A DNA stretch of 64,000 nucleotides from Octopus vulgaris (GCA_951406725.2 OX597829.1:31310001-31374000), one strand, 5' to 3'; shown: positions 1 to 13,294, counted from the first letter of the stretch. A program made the numbers and translations. The notes: generated by a model not told the origin, from the letters alone.

Positions 1-3000
1 TTTTTTAAAAAAAAAGCTTCAACATATTTGCATGTCATGCAATTTTTATTTGACTTTTTATGAATTAATTCCTCCATCCAACCATCCTTTCTATAAAAAA
101 AAATATAAAATAAAATGAAAAACAAAAACAACCCATCCCACCTTTTTTTTTTGCAGCAAAACAAAAAGATAAATATATTTAGCTGAGTCTATGTCATGGG
201 TATTTGCAGCGGTTAGCTATCATTTAATTGTGATTAGGTGATGTCTTGTTGGTTGTTTTTTTTTCTTTTTTTCTTTTTTTTTTATTCGCTTGATGCTGAT
301 TAAGGTTGTTGGTCCCCAGTTGCTGTTGTTGAATCCTGAATATATCATAATTTTAGTCATCCATGATATGTAAACAGCATCTTACCATATGTTACACTCT
401 CAGTATTTAAATTGTTCTCTAAGAAAACTTATTACATTTCATGCTCAACTACATATACCCATCCTGTGACTATTTGCAAATTTTTACTTAGTATGTTCAA
501 TAATGATGAAATGCCTTTCTAGCACTGAGTTTGGCATTCATGGTAGTAAGTTTAAGTAATTAGTAAGATATGTAATAAAGAAAATTCACCAGTGATCAGT
601 TATTATTTATACTTAAGAAGTAGTTTGGTTTTTCTTTTTTTTCTTTGCTTTTTCAATATATGTTATATATTAAAGACATTTTATTTAGCAATATAAATGG
701 ACTTGGTTTATATATATTTTCAATGTTTCATTTCATTGTTTGATAGATTCAAAAGTTTATTAGACACTTTAATTTTGCTTTGTAAATTCAAGAGATAAAA
801 ATTTCTTAATTACAACTAATAACTGGTCCTTTTCAGTTAATAAGTTTATAGTTTCACTGATATATAAAAAAAAAAAGCAAAAACCATTTAGCATTTTTTT
901 TTTTTTTTTAAGATTTTTTGGATCCAAAGAGAGAATATAAACAAACAAAAAAGGACTGCCCCCTCCCTCCCTCATAGTTGCAAATGTTATTTTAAGATAC
1001 TTTGCAACACTCAATTATCTTGAAGAAAAAAAAATATTGAAAAGTTGCAAAGATATGTATTGCCTATTTACATTTGTTACTGCAAATGTCTTTCATTATC
1101 AGTTTTGTACTTTATTGTTAGCAAAATGGACTCTGACATGTTCTCTTTCTAGCCATAGTATGCTGAAAGAAGGCTTTCATGATGACAACACCTGGAAATT
1201 GAAACTGGCATATTAAGATTAAGACACAATTGATGAGAATATGGTATTTAAAAAAAAAATAATAACAAACAACTTAAAACCCAGGAAAGATAGGTGAAAG
1301 TGGACTTTTTTTTCTTTTTAGGGTGGGTGGTAGGGTAGGCAAATATTTTGTAGGTTTCTTAATTTTATAGTAAATTATTGCTATTGTGGTTCCAAATAAT
1401 TTATTGATTTTGTGTAATTTCTAATTTTATTCAGATCTAATTTAATAGTTTTGTTTTTATTGATTTTTGTTAATTCTTTGGTTTATATATAAAAATATTT
1501 GCCATTTTTTTCAAATTCACCTTTCTACCTTTCTTTCCTTTTTCACCTCCCTAAATTAAAATGAAATAATAATAATAATAAAAAAAAATCTTTCATGTTA
1601 AAATTAACTTATATATAATATCCTGTAGTTTTAAATTATAGATTAAAAGTTATTACACTATTGAAAACACACCCAGGTCATTTGCTGCTTTCTATTTCTC
1701 ATATATATTCCCTGGGAGCTTTTGCAGCAATCAAAACCTTTGCAGAAAAATCTTTTCAGAGTAACTGCACATCTTGGATTATTATTTGTAGATGTTTGCC
1801 ACATTTTGTTTGATTTGAAAAATTTTTTCTTAGAAGTTGTTGATGGAAAAAAGAAAAAATTGCTAAATTTTGCAGTTAAATTTTTTTTTAAATGAACTGT
1901 ACTGTGGGCCCGGTCCATTTAGCTTTTTATTGATGTTTTCTTTGTTTTTAATGCTTTGTTGTTTTTTTTTTTCAGTGATTAAGAAGCCTGTGCTAGATTT
2001 TTACCTTATTTTTGTGGCAAATATTTGCAATTAACTTTTTTCTTAAGGAAGGTAAATAATTGATAAGTTAGTTAATTGTTTTTAACATAATAGAATTTGA
2101 AAGTTTGTTCTCCCTCTTAAAATATTACGTGTGCACCCATACATGCACATATGATGTGCGTGCATACTCACCTTCTAAGAAAAATAGTAAATCACTCTAT
2201 CGGGCAAATTTTAATTTCCCATGTGGTTTGTCCCCGATGACCAGGCAAATAGTCACTCCCCATCAAGAATTCACAAGAAGCAGATTATTGGAGTCTATAT
2301 GCTTGTTACCTGAGCAACTAATCCACTTGTTCCTTGAAGTTGGGTAATCAGTGGAATTGTGAATAGATTCTCTGAGAATGCAATGATAAGTCCGCCCCCT
2401 TGCCTGTCAAACTACAGCAGTCTTTCATAGCTGCCTGAATATAAATGCCAAAAGCTGTAATAATCTCCTACTTGTTGATTCTTACAAAGCTTTGTTTTTT
2501 ATATTCAGATATCACCTTGTAATGTATCATATTTGGTTATCACGTCCATGAAACTTGAAAAAAAAAAATAAATAAAATAAAAGCACATCATAGTTTTGGT
2601 AATGATATTAAACGCAACAACTTTTCTGCAAGCAGGGATGTGAACAGGATCTATGTAGAGGATCTTGGACAAGTAATGGCTTTATATATAAAAAATAAAA
2701 GTTATTCAGCAAAGCTTTTGGAAAGACAAAAAAACTTTTAAAAATAAAAAAAAAAAAATTATTGGACCCTACCTCTCCTTGTGATTTCTGAGAGAAGCTT
2801 AATTTTCTTTTTGGCAAAGCCCTTATCTCCTTGGTCTTGTGGATCAGTTGTGTGGGTAACATGAATTGTCACTTTTCATCTTGAAGCAGAATTCTGGAGT
2901 CTAAATCCATCTTGTAGTTGTAACTACTGGTCGCATGTTGGACTTACCCGGAGGGCTTTCAGTGAGGAGCCATTTGTATAGACCATCTTATTTAAAGTCA

Positions 3001-4600
3001 TTAAAAATCTACAGCTGTTGACACCCAAGTTTTGAATTGAAATGACAATTTTTATCTTGCTTTTATGAGGTGACTTAACCATATTGTGACTGGCCTTATT
3101 GTATGATTTCAGGCTAAGTAATCTGTTTTTTGTAATCACTTTGAAGTAACTGCTATTATTACAACCACTTAATCCTTCTTGCCCTGTAGTCTGCTTTCAT
3201 AATAATATGAAGATGATTGTGATAGTGTTTTGAATAAGTTCTTCAATAAGGTCATTTTCCTTTATGGTTAAGTTACTTTTTCTTTTTCTACTAAAGTAAA
3301 AAAAAAAACTGCATGAATTTATTTATCAGTAGATTAACAACCTCACTTGTCAATTGTGAATTTCTTTCTATTTCTGGTTGAAAGACATATCCCACATCTT
3401 GCTCTGCAAATAGAGGTTGCACAAATATCACAATGTGGTCTTGATGCCCGAATAAAAACTATAGTGTTGTGTGCTGAAATGAGGAAAGCAAAAAAAAAAA
3501 AAATACATGGTACCAGTTTTACCAGTATAAAGAGGTTGAGAATGCTGGAAGTATATATCATTCTTGATTATACATAATTATAGGTCCTTGATTTTATTTT
3601 GTGTTGGTGTTTGCAACCACACCGATGGCTTGAATTTATCTCTGAATCTCAAGGGCTTTCCCCTGTTAGCTTCATGTTGTAGTTTAAATTTGTTGGAATT
3701 ACATTTAACTGCATTGTAATTGGAAGAAAAATCTGGCTATAGATTGTGTGATGTGTAACTGTATATAGTATATTTATACATAATACACACAATTCAGTGA
3801 TACTATCAAAGTACAAAATTTAAGCAATTTCATAATTGGAATTTAACTAATTAAAAAAGACTTTATTGGATATAGTTAGTTTCGAAGTGGGGGAGAGATA
3901 AATATAGAAGGAATTGATGGTTTATGAATTGAATTTATGTAAACCAAACTTTACTGTAGAACAAATTGTATTAAGTGAATGGTTAAATTTATATAATTAT
4001 ATATATATATATATATATATCCCATAAAAATAGATTTAACTAGTTCAAAGTTCATACACTGAAAGCTATCCAACTCCTGGCTGCTGCCTGTTAAAACAAG
4101 TAATTTCTGTTTTCTCAACTGTGCTAGACTTGCCAGTGCCTGATACAATGTTTCAGTGTTCAAAATAGTTTTATATGAATGCAGAGAGATAACATTTGTA
4201 ATCAACTTGCTGACAAGGAAATACTGAAGCTTCACAAGCCTGTTAAATAACTGAGAAGTAACACATTTGTGAAATTTAGTTTTGAATGGTGAAGGAGGTG
4301 GTATTTCTGTCAGTAGCTTCTAATACAGTTTGATGAAAAAGACAAAAAAGAAAATGCAGTTTCGCTTATATGAAAGGTTTTCGTAACATTTTTCTTAGTA
4401 ATTCAGAGGGCTCATTTCTAAAACTTAGACATTTTAATAAGAATTACAGATCGGGTTTTCTTTGTTTATAATTTATTTGCTGGCCCCATTAATCTATTTA
4501 AATCAGTTCTATGCTTTTCCTTGTGGCTACACTTATTTTATCTAGCATGACTTGTTAGGGAGGTGTTCTACTTTATTGTCTAAGGTCTTTCGGTGACAGA
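1..4600. other. Repeat-free, CpG-depleted, T/G-skewed non-coding tract (candidate long 3'UTR or intron of a + strand gene)
   Basis: No SINE or LINE recognised, only one short (TA)n, many poly-T/poly-A runs, CpG rare, no convincing ORF. Function and strand are inferred from composition only. Confidence 0.35.
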
Positions 4601-5727
4601 TAATTTTGTAGATTAAATAGTAATTTTTTTTTTTATCTATTGCAAAGTCATAGCCACTCAAGATACCTTACTGAATTATTAGATCTAATGGTAAATATTT
4701 TGAGAGCACCAGACTGTGGTGTTACTGTAGTGTTTTTTGTTTTGTCCAATATTTTGAGTTGAAATCTTGTCAGGACTGGAACCTGTTAAATAAGTAATAT
4801 AAACATGCAAAGAGGTTGGTTTAATCAATTACAACCTACCCCACCTCACCCCGTATGGCTATTGTAATTAATCATTTTGGATAATTTGCTGTGTTTTCAA
4901 GCAAATTGATCAAGTAATGAAAGGGTTACATTGCAAAGCTGCCAGAATACCAGTACCGATAATTACTCAGTATTTTGTTTGTAATTTGTTAATTTTGTGA
5001 GATGCTTATTTATACTCTTTGGTTTGACTACTTGGGTGGTTGTAGATTTCATCGATTGCCTGGTTTAATGCCATCACTTGGTACCTTGGCTGTCTTTTAT
5101 CGAAGACCATTCTGTTGCAAGCATCTAGGTCAGATCTCTAGCTTGTGGATACCTTCCTCCTAAGGAAACTATGAAACAAGCACATGCACATACATTGTGT
5201 TGTGAAAGAATTTATGCTTGGTTTGAGGATAGTAAATATATTAATAGAGAATTTAGTGAAAAATTGTTAGGAGTGGCTGCCTGTTCTGGTTATGAATACT
5301 TCCTTTGAATCATTCCATAGATGTCCTTAGGAATTTATTGTTCTTAATTGTAGGATCTATTAATAATGCTACATTAAATTCAAAACTTGGAAAAGTTTAC
5401 AGCGATGTGTCAGTTCTGATTGAGCAGACATACAAAGTAAGGACCCTTGTAATACAACTAAGTTACTAGGTACAGATTAGCCTTTGTTCAGCAATAAGAT
5501 TTGATTGCTATTTCAAGCAGGTAGAATGACCACATAGGGATTCCCTAATGACTGAGGTACTAATTGGTTAGGAAGGTGAATTATATATCTATTTTTGTCA
5601 AGTTGCAAAGTTTTTAAAATATCCGAACAGCCATTCTTTCCTGGGTTTCATTTTAATTAAAAAAAAAAAAAAAATCCTAGACACAAACCATATTGTAAGT
5701 ATTGAGATTTTGTCAGTTCTGTGTATA

Positions 5728-5880
5728 CATGGCTTTGTATAGAAAAGTGTGCTTCTCAGTCATGTGGCTTCAGTTTCAGTCCCATTACACAGTACCTTGA
5801 TCAAGTGTCTTCTGGGATGATGTATGCTTTGTGAGGGGATTTGGCAGATCGAAACTGAACAGAAATTTTTCATGTACATA
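5728..5880 (+). mobile_element. Decayed 5' half of SINE family B (CORE-like)
   Basis: catggctttgtatagaaaagtgtgcttc...cagtaccttgatcaagtgtcttct...gatttggcagatcgaaactgaa aligns by eye with the young copy at 42028. Confidence 0.6.
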
Positions 5881-6399
5881 CATGTATATGTATGCATTAG
5901 CATGAATGTTTATAAAATTATGCTGAGCTATGGGCAGTAGTGTTATTGTTCTAGTTGTGTTGTCATTGGAGAAGTTTGTTGACATTTCTTGTCAGCATAA
6001 TCATCTATCCTTGCTCTGGCATTCCTATGGAATAAAAACTCTCTTATCTGAAAAAATCCTGACAGCTGCAAAAAACCCTGCCTTGATATTTACATCCACC
6101 TAAGCCATGCTAGCATGAAAACTAGACATAAAACAAAACCACTCTATAGACACATGTACACATTTTATCTCTGTATCTGATGGATTAAGGACAGTGGCAA
6201 GATTTGAAATCGGGTCATAAGGCTAGGGCAGAATACAACTTTTACTATTTCAGAACAAGAAAAAAAGCTTTTAGCAGGTTTGGAGTTGTTAAAAAATTTA
6301 CACCTGAAGGTCTCAAAAATATAACAAATTTGCTCATGCCTAAATTCTCTGACTCTGATAATTAAGATTCTGAAAATTTCTGTAGTAGAGTTTCCCCTG

Positions 6400-6616
6400 T
6401 TATGATTTTGATGACATAAGACAGTTTTTTTTCTAGAAAAATGTCTTAAGAAAGAAAAAAAAACAACACTCCAGGTCCCATATGCAAAGCTGGGCCTATA
6501 TTACATACTTAATTGCACTAAAAACTCTCTTATATGAAAAAATCCTTGAATATGTGCTGCTGAAATTGGGGCATGTCTAATATGCTTGTGCATCTTTTAT
6601 GCCATCAAATATGGTG
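6400..6616. mobile_element. Decayed pogo/Tc2-like MITE
   Basis: Right end gtgcatcttttatgccatcaaatatggt resembles a CpG-decayed ...GCGTCTTATACGCCGTCAAATACGG TIR; the left end is degenerate. Confidence 0.3.
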
Positions 6617-7514
6617 TAAGATGCTACTGTTCTTTACTCCCCAGATCAGAGTGGCAAACCTTGACAGCAATTTCTGCTGTGTATAATTTATGTAGTTAGC
6701 TTATGCTCAAGGTATCTCTCACTGAAACTTTCCTGGAATGGGTTTATCAATGATCTAGTGAGAACTTGTTCATACTGCAGTAACTTCTCAAACAGTAAGT
6801 GGGATCCATTGTACAGGGATGAAATCTGAAAGGGCAACATTCAAGGGAAATGTTTTGGTGGAGGATTGATGCAAGACCAGTGAGCAACGAGGAGCAGTGG
6901 CTGTTGTAGTTTGGCACAGAGAAGAGACAGTATGTGGAACAATATGACTTGCTCTAAAAGTTATGCTGTGTTGAATTAAAGAAATTCTATAGACGCCCAC
7001 TTAAAAAGTCAATCCAATATTGAGACTCCCTAGTAGTCTTCACTACATCCAGTACAGTGAACAAGCACCCCAAATTAAATACTTCAACTCAGGACCACAA
7101 TTCATACACTCTTCAAGAAACAGGTCTTGGACAAGACACTTAGCTAATACTCTGCTCTAGATGAGCCACTATATCTCATACTAGATCCCTCATTCCTGTA
7201 TCCATGACCACAGATACACTTCCGTAAAGTACTCAGAATTTTGTAGGTAGCATGTGCCCTGATCCAGTACTCAGTACCTCAGATATACGTCCCCAATGGT
7301 ATCCAGTATCATATGCCAAATGTAGCAACAAATTGATAGAGTTGTTAACACGTCTGACAGAAAGCTTTGCTATATTTTCTGACTTTCTTCACTCTTTAGT
7401 TCAAATTCCATTGAGGTCAACATTGCCCTTCATCCTTATGGGGGTCAATAAAAACGTACTAATCTAATGAGTGGATTGGGGAACTTTAAGAATGTCAGCC
7501 ACAGTGATACCTTC

Positions 7515-7852
7515 TGAATTATGACCTTATTCATCTTGATCAACTTGTTCAGAATGTGGTGAAGACATGAGACTTACTATTATAGACTTGAACAAACATG
7601 TTCACTTTTGACAAGGTAAACACTTTCATGAGAGCTGAGGTATGTAGAAGTGTCAAAATAATTTTAGGGTAAGAAATGCTAAAGATAACGGCACTTAAAT
7701 GTTTACTAGTAAAGTAGAATCTATGTTGCAAGCAAAAGGCAAGTTTAAATCTGTGAATGGAAAGAATGTGTTCTCTTATCAAATTGCTGAATTCATATAC
7801 ATTCAGAGGTTCAGTAAAAAGTCCTTTTCTAATTTTGGGAACAATTTTATCA
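7515..7852 (+). repeat. Old dispersed repeat, copy 1 (possibly a CR1-like LINE 3' fragment)
   Basis: Aligns over ~340 bp with the reverse complement of 10290-10650 (shared ccttattcatcttgatcaactt, aagaaatgctaaaga, gttgcaagcaaaaggcaa, ttatcaaattgctgaattcat). Confidence 0.8.
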
Positions 7853-8169
7853 ATTATTTCTGGCTCTTTGCACTCAGAGTTGAAATCCTGCCATGGCCTA
7901 TTTGGGTAACCGTGTCATAATATCACTAGGCACATTGGGTGCCTTTAGTGGAGTTCACTCTGTTGAAAGCACTTGGGCTAGCTTTTCTCCCTCTAGCATG
8001 TCTTATGGTCTTTCCTCAATTGATGTACGTATAAAAGATTGCCTTATGCAATATTAACAGGCACCATGGTTAAGTACTCAGTTCCATAAGCATAGTACCC
8101 AATGAATTTGTCAATTAAATTACACACACACAGTATGACTAGTCATGTATATATGTACATACTGTAAGG

Positions 8170-8295
8170 TGGCATTACGAAGGGCATCCAGCTGTAGAAA
8201 TTATGCTATGCAAAGTAAACATTATAGCTTAACTCTGGCTCCCCTGATCTTGTTGAACTACCCAAACCATACCAGCATATAAATGGTTGTTAAAT
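8170..8295 (+). mobile_element. Decayed RTE-related SINE tail
   Basis: ggcattacgaagggcatccagctgtagaaa...ccataccagcat...gttaaatg; a similar remnant lies near 6060-6135. Confidence 0.45.
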
Positions 8296-8306
8296 GGTAA
8301 TGACAA

Positions 8307-8529
8307 AAGGCAGCGAGCTGGCAGAAACGTTAGCGCGCCGGACGAAATGCTGAGCGGTATTTCGTCTGCCGCTACGTTCTGAGTTCAAATTCCGCCGAGG
8401 TCGACTTTGCCTTTCATCCTTTCGGGGTCGATAAATTAAGTACCAGTTACGCACTGGGGTCGATGTAATCGACTTAATACCTATGTTTGTCCCCTCTATG
8501 TTTAGCCCCTTGTGGGTAATAAAGAAATA
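8307..8529 (+). mobile_element. Young full-length SINE family A (tRNA-derived head, central GCCTTTCATCCTTTCGGGGTCGATAAA domain)
   Basis: A-box-like GAGCTGGCAGAAACGTTAG, B-box GAGTTCAAATTCC, 11-bp TSD GGTAATGACAA, CpGs intact. Confidence 0.92.
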
Positions 8530-8574
8530 GGTAATGACAATGATATGTATATATATATATATATATATACACAA

Positions 8575-8910
8575 GTGTGGCTGTGGTAAGAAGCTCCCCA
8601 ACCACATAGTTCCAGGTTCAGTCTCACTGTGTGGTACCTGGGGCAAGTGTCTTCTACTATGGCATTGAGTGGATTTGGTAGATAGAAACTGGAAGAAGCA
8701 TGTCACCTATATATATGTATATATTTATGTGTGTGCTTTTGTGTCTGTGTTTATGTCCCCGTAACTTAGCAGTTAGGCAAAGAGACTGATAGAGTAAGTA
8801 CTAAGTTTAAAAAAAAAAAAGTCCTGGGATTGATTTGTTTGATTAAAGTCCTTTCAGAGTAGTGCCCCAGCATGGACACAGTCAAATGACAAACAAGTAT
8901 AAGATATAAA
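8575..8910 (+). mobile_element. SINE family B (CORE-like, internal microsatellite)
   Basis: gtggctgtggtaagaagc...ggttcagtc...cctggggcaagtgtcttctactat...ccagcatggacacagtcaaatgac. Confidence 0.85.
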
Positions 8911-9434
8911 ATAAAATAAAAATATATATAATCCATCAAATCAAAACTGAACCTCTTCCTGTCGAGAGTCCCAGATGAACCTACCTCATGGCAAGAGGTG
9001 CAAATGAGGGTATAGTAACATCAAACTCTATTCTTCACCAAGTGCCACACATTAGAGGAGGTTCTCAGTAATAACATTGTAGCAAAACGGCAGTGCCACA
9101 GCTCTGAGCTGAAACTGCAAAAAAAAAAGAAGAAAATCTTTATATATGTATATTATATATTACATGCACTGACACATGAATGTATGCCCATACATATATA
9201 TATTATTTTGATTATATATATATATAGTTGCACTTGACAAAAAACAGAACAGAAGGTACAAAAAGTTCCAATAGATCAGATTTTAGTGTTTGCGTGACAC
9301 AGGTGTTGCTCTTTAAAATGTCTGAACCCATTAAACTGACAAGCAAAATATATGACCAGACACTTCAAACTCTACAAGTTGCTTTCAAGTGTTAATGTCC
9401 TCCCATTTACATTTCCATACACATGCATATCATA

Positions 9435-9680
9435 TCTTTTGCTTGTTTCAATCATTAGACTGCAGCCATACTGGGGCACCACCTGGAGAATTTTTAGTCG
9501 AATGAATCAACTCCAGTATTTCTCTTTTTTTTTTTTTTTTGAAACCTGGTACTTATTCTATTGGTCTCTTTTGCCGAACTACTAAGTTACAGGTATGTAA
9601 ACACCAATACTGGTTGTCAACTGATGGTTGGGAATATACACTGATACAAAGACACACATACATGTGTATACACATATATA
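9435..9680 (-). mobile_element. SINE family B, 3' half, decayed
   Basis: Matches the reverse-complemented family B tail (cttgtttcaatcattagactgcagccatactgg...ggtacttattctattggtctcttttgccgaac). Confidence 0.8.
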
Positions 9681-10289
9681 TATACATTTAGACCACTGAA
9701 CTCAACATGTTTTTTTTTCATCCTCTCTCTTTTTATTTCCTCTTATTCCTTTCTGTCAAAGAACGTAGGCTCAGTGACTCTAAAGTTCATCTCCCTTTGA
9801 CAGGTTACATTTTACACTTTGTAGATTATTCAAAAATTACTCTCCTCACCAAACAAGCTTGGTGGGGTTGCTGATTTAGTAATGCAAGTTGTTCTCATTT
9901 ACAAGATCATCAGTATCAGACCCTTTGACCATCAGAGATCTCAATGGCATTAGTTTAGCTTCACGCCTCACTCAAATGATTCACTTTCAATTTTACTTTG
10001 AATGCTAGAAACAGCCTTGAAATCACCCTTAGTAAATGATAAAGATCAGGTCATCCCCTACTTTTTCTCCCTGCAAACATCCATAAGATGGAACAAAGAA
10101 ATTAGTGAAATAACTTTTTAAAATTTATAAGTAAGATTGAAAGATAAAATAAAGCTGAAACTATTTCAAGGAAATATTTTCAAGAGTCAACTAGATAACT
10201 GGTATGGAATTTAATATATATATATATATATATAATGGTTTGTTAATAATAATGATAATGATTTCTTTGTTTATAATAATAATTAGCAG

Positions 10290-10650
10290 TGACAAATTGT
10301 CCCCAAACTTAGAAAATGATTTTTCATCAAACTTCTAATGCACATGAATTCAGCAATTTGATAACACTTTGTTTTCATTCAGAGATTTAAATTTGCCTTT
10401 TGCTTGCAACTAGATGGATTCTATTTTACTAGTAAGCATTCAAGTGTCTTTGTCTTTAGCATTTCTTATTCTAAAATTATTCTGGGGCTTCTGCATGCCT
10501 GAGCTCTTATGAAAGTTTTTATTTTATGGAAGAGTTGCCAAAAGTGAATATATTCATTCAAGTCTACAATTAGCGAGTCTCCAGTGAGCTTTGAATCTTC
10601 ACCACAACCAGGGCAAAGTTGATCAAGATGAATAAGGCCATAATTCAAAT
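10290..10650 (-). repeat. Old dispersed repeat, copy 2 (inverted relative to 7515-7852)
   Basis: Reverse complement aligns with 7515-7852. Confidence 0.8.
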
Positions 10651-10937
10651 AAAAATATCACTATGTTATTTCTTTTGCTGTAATTGCTCTAATCCTCCTC
10701 TATTAACATTTGATTCACTTAACTGGAATCAATAATTATGGTTCTTTTCATAGAATTTTTATTTCACTCTGCAAATAAATAAATTAAGTAATAAAAGTAT
10801 TAAATAGCATAAAGAAAATTATTAAGTAATGTTAATAAATCATTGACAGTAGAATGCCTTAAGCATTCTGTGTTACATTCCCATAAGTTCAGTTGATTCC
10901 ATCAAATATTTTAATATTACATTCATAACTGATTTGA

Positions 10938-11140
10938 AATTTTGGCACAGGGCCAGCAGTTTCAGAGGAGGGGTTAAATAGATTACATCAACCCCAGTGT
11001 CCAACTGGTACTAGTTCTATCAACCCGGAAGGATAAAAGGCAAAGTCAATCTCGGCAAAATTTGAATTCAGAATGTAAGAATGGATGAAATACCACTAAG
11101 TTTGCCTGGCATGCTTATGATTCTGCCAGTTTGCCACCTT
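10938..11140 (-). mobile_element. SINE family A, CpG-decayed
   Basis: Same layout as 13033-13265 but most CpGs appear as TpG/CpA (catcaacccc, gtcaatctc, ggatgaaataccact, ttgccacc). Confidence 0.85.
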
Positions 11141-13032
11141 TATTACATTAATAATTAACGTGAGCAAAGCATGGGTGTTAACTAATTTACCCCAAGTATG
11201 TTAAATGCTAATAGAAGAGCGAGAGCAATTAACAGCAAACGAAAATAATATAATTAACTTTTCCTTTTAATTACGATCCTCTTTATTGCCTTCGACTTTG
11301 TCTTGACTGTGGTGGTATTCACTTGAGTTGCACTAAGGATGAATTTGAACGCGTATTTAAAGATATTAATTAGATTAAATTATCATTTGCAATAAATAAA
11401 TAACCCTAACTTTCATCCAGGCAAGCGCTTTCATTTTTTTCTCCAGCAAAACATCGTCACTTTTAACAAGATAAACTTTTATTTTCATGGGATCATAGAA
11501 CGGAAACACCAAATTATTTCAATTTTAAAGTTCGTCTTTTCTTTCTGAATGCATAGCTTTTGTAGATGAGCATAAAATGAAAAAGTGAGTAGAACTCCTC
11601 CTCCTCCTTCCCCCGTGGAACTGTTTACCGACAAATATGAAAGTAAACTAATAGACACTGGAGTGTCGGTTGGACACTAACAAAGCACCTAGTGTGATAT
11701 TGCTATTTTGAAGTTGGACTCATCAAGTATATTGCTAATTGATGAGAGCAAATCATGGCTATTTATGATACAAATGTATTGAATGTTAAAAGAGAGATAA
11801 CGATTACTTTTCTGCAGAACTGTGACTTTCTTCATTGCATTCGACTTTTCGCTTATTGAAACCCTTTTGCTTTCGACAAACCTGCAACTAGTAGATGTGA
11901 ATGCCAAACTGAGCCGGAAATATAACATGCGAAATTGTTTAGGTGTATGGCGAAATTCAACCAGCGGAAACATTTCAGGGACGTATGACGGAGATTAAAG
12001 TTAAACATCAGCGAGAAATCCAGTTAAACGGCATTACCAAACAAAAAACTACTTTGTGATATTTGTTCCAGATAAATTCTTGTTAAAATTGCTACAGAAA
12101 AGGCAACTACTTGTATGTAACAAGCGACGTTATTGTTTACAAACTGTGTCAAATAAATGATTGATGAATTGTTACTTCTTATTAACCATTAAAAAATAAA
12201 TAACAATCAAAAGTGCAAAAATCATATTAGATAACAAACGCCTGGATACTTTTAAAAGACGGAATAGTCATGGTTGGAGTGTCTTCAATTCACCTGGTGC
12301 TAAGTAACCACGACAACGTGTGCAATAATCGCGACGACAGTTGAGGCACAAATATCAACAAATTCTGTTCATGAATACTGCTATATTGCAAGGGAGGTAA
12401 CTCACGTGCGACTAAATTTGTCTAAACGTCATTTATTAATTGTGAAATTAACATTTTATTGTTCACTCTTTTGCCTTTTAAGCTAAACTCAAAGTGTAGT
12501 GTTATTAAATATGTTAACATTAACTTAAAAATGAAAATAAGTTGATTTCCGAAATAAAAGCTGGAAATTTTTTCAGGAATATAAATGTATTAAGAGTTTC
12601 CCCGAGATTGAATTATATAATTACATGCAATGCAATGCAATGCAAGAAATATTATTTGAAAGTTTTTCCGTATTTTAGGCAAAGTTATCACACAAACACA
12701 TCCATGCATATAAGCGCAAACATGAATGTATACAGAGTTACGTACCGTGCTTAACAATTTCAGCGTGGTCGTGCTGTGTACCACCTTGAACTATATATAT
12801 ATATGCGTATATATTTACCATTGTTCATTATAGTTTCTGATATGCAAAATGAAGGAATAATGATATGACGGCCGGAGCGCTTTTAATCATAGATCAGCAC
12901 GATACAATTTATTTGAGTTTAAAATATTACCTAATTCTATTTAAAGTACATAGTTCTTTGCTATAAATCGTGGTTATTCCCCTTGTTCAAAATGACACCA
13001 TGACAATTTACATGGACGTATTATGTATAATA

Positions 13033-13265
13033 TATTTCCTTACTGCCCACAAGGGGCTAAACATAGAGGGGAGAAACAAGGACAGACAAACGGATTAAGT
13101 CGATTACATCGACCCCAGTGCGAAACTGATACTTTATTTATCGACCCCGGAAGGATGAAAGGCAAAGTCGACCTCGGCGGAATTTGAACTCAGAACGTAA
13201 CGGCAGACGAAATACGGCTACGCATTTCGCCCGGCGTGCTAACATTTCTGCCAGCTCGCCGCCTT
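13033..13265 (-). mobile_element. Young full-length SINE family A
   Basis: Near-identical to the 8307 copy; 12-bp TSD ATTATGTATAAT. Confidence 0.92.
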
Positions 13266-13294
13266 TATTATGTATAATGCATATATTTAGGTGC

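Noticed and set aside
500-545. C/D snoRNA or SECIS (ATGATGA...CTGA in a hairpin)
   Set aside because: Boxes are too close for a snoRNA and the SECIS core geometry is not met.
10466-10648. Host exon with a CxxC motif
   Set aside because: Lies within a dispersed repeat whose second copy (7515) does not preserve the frame.
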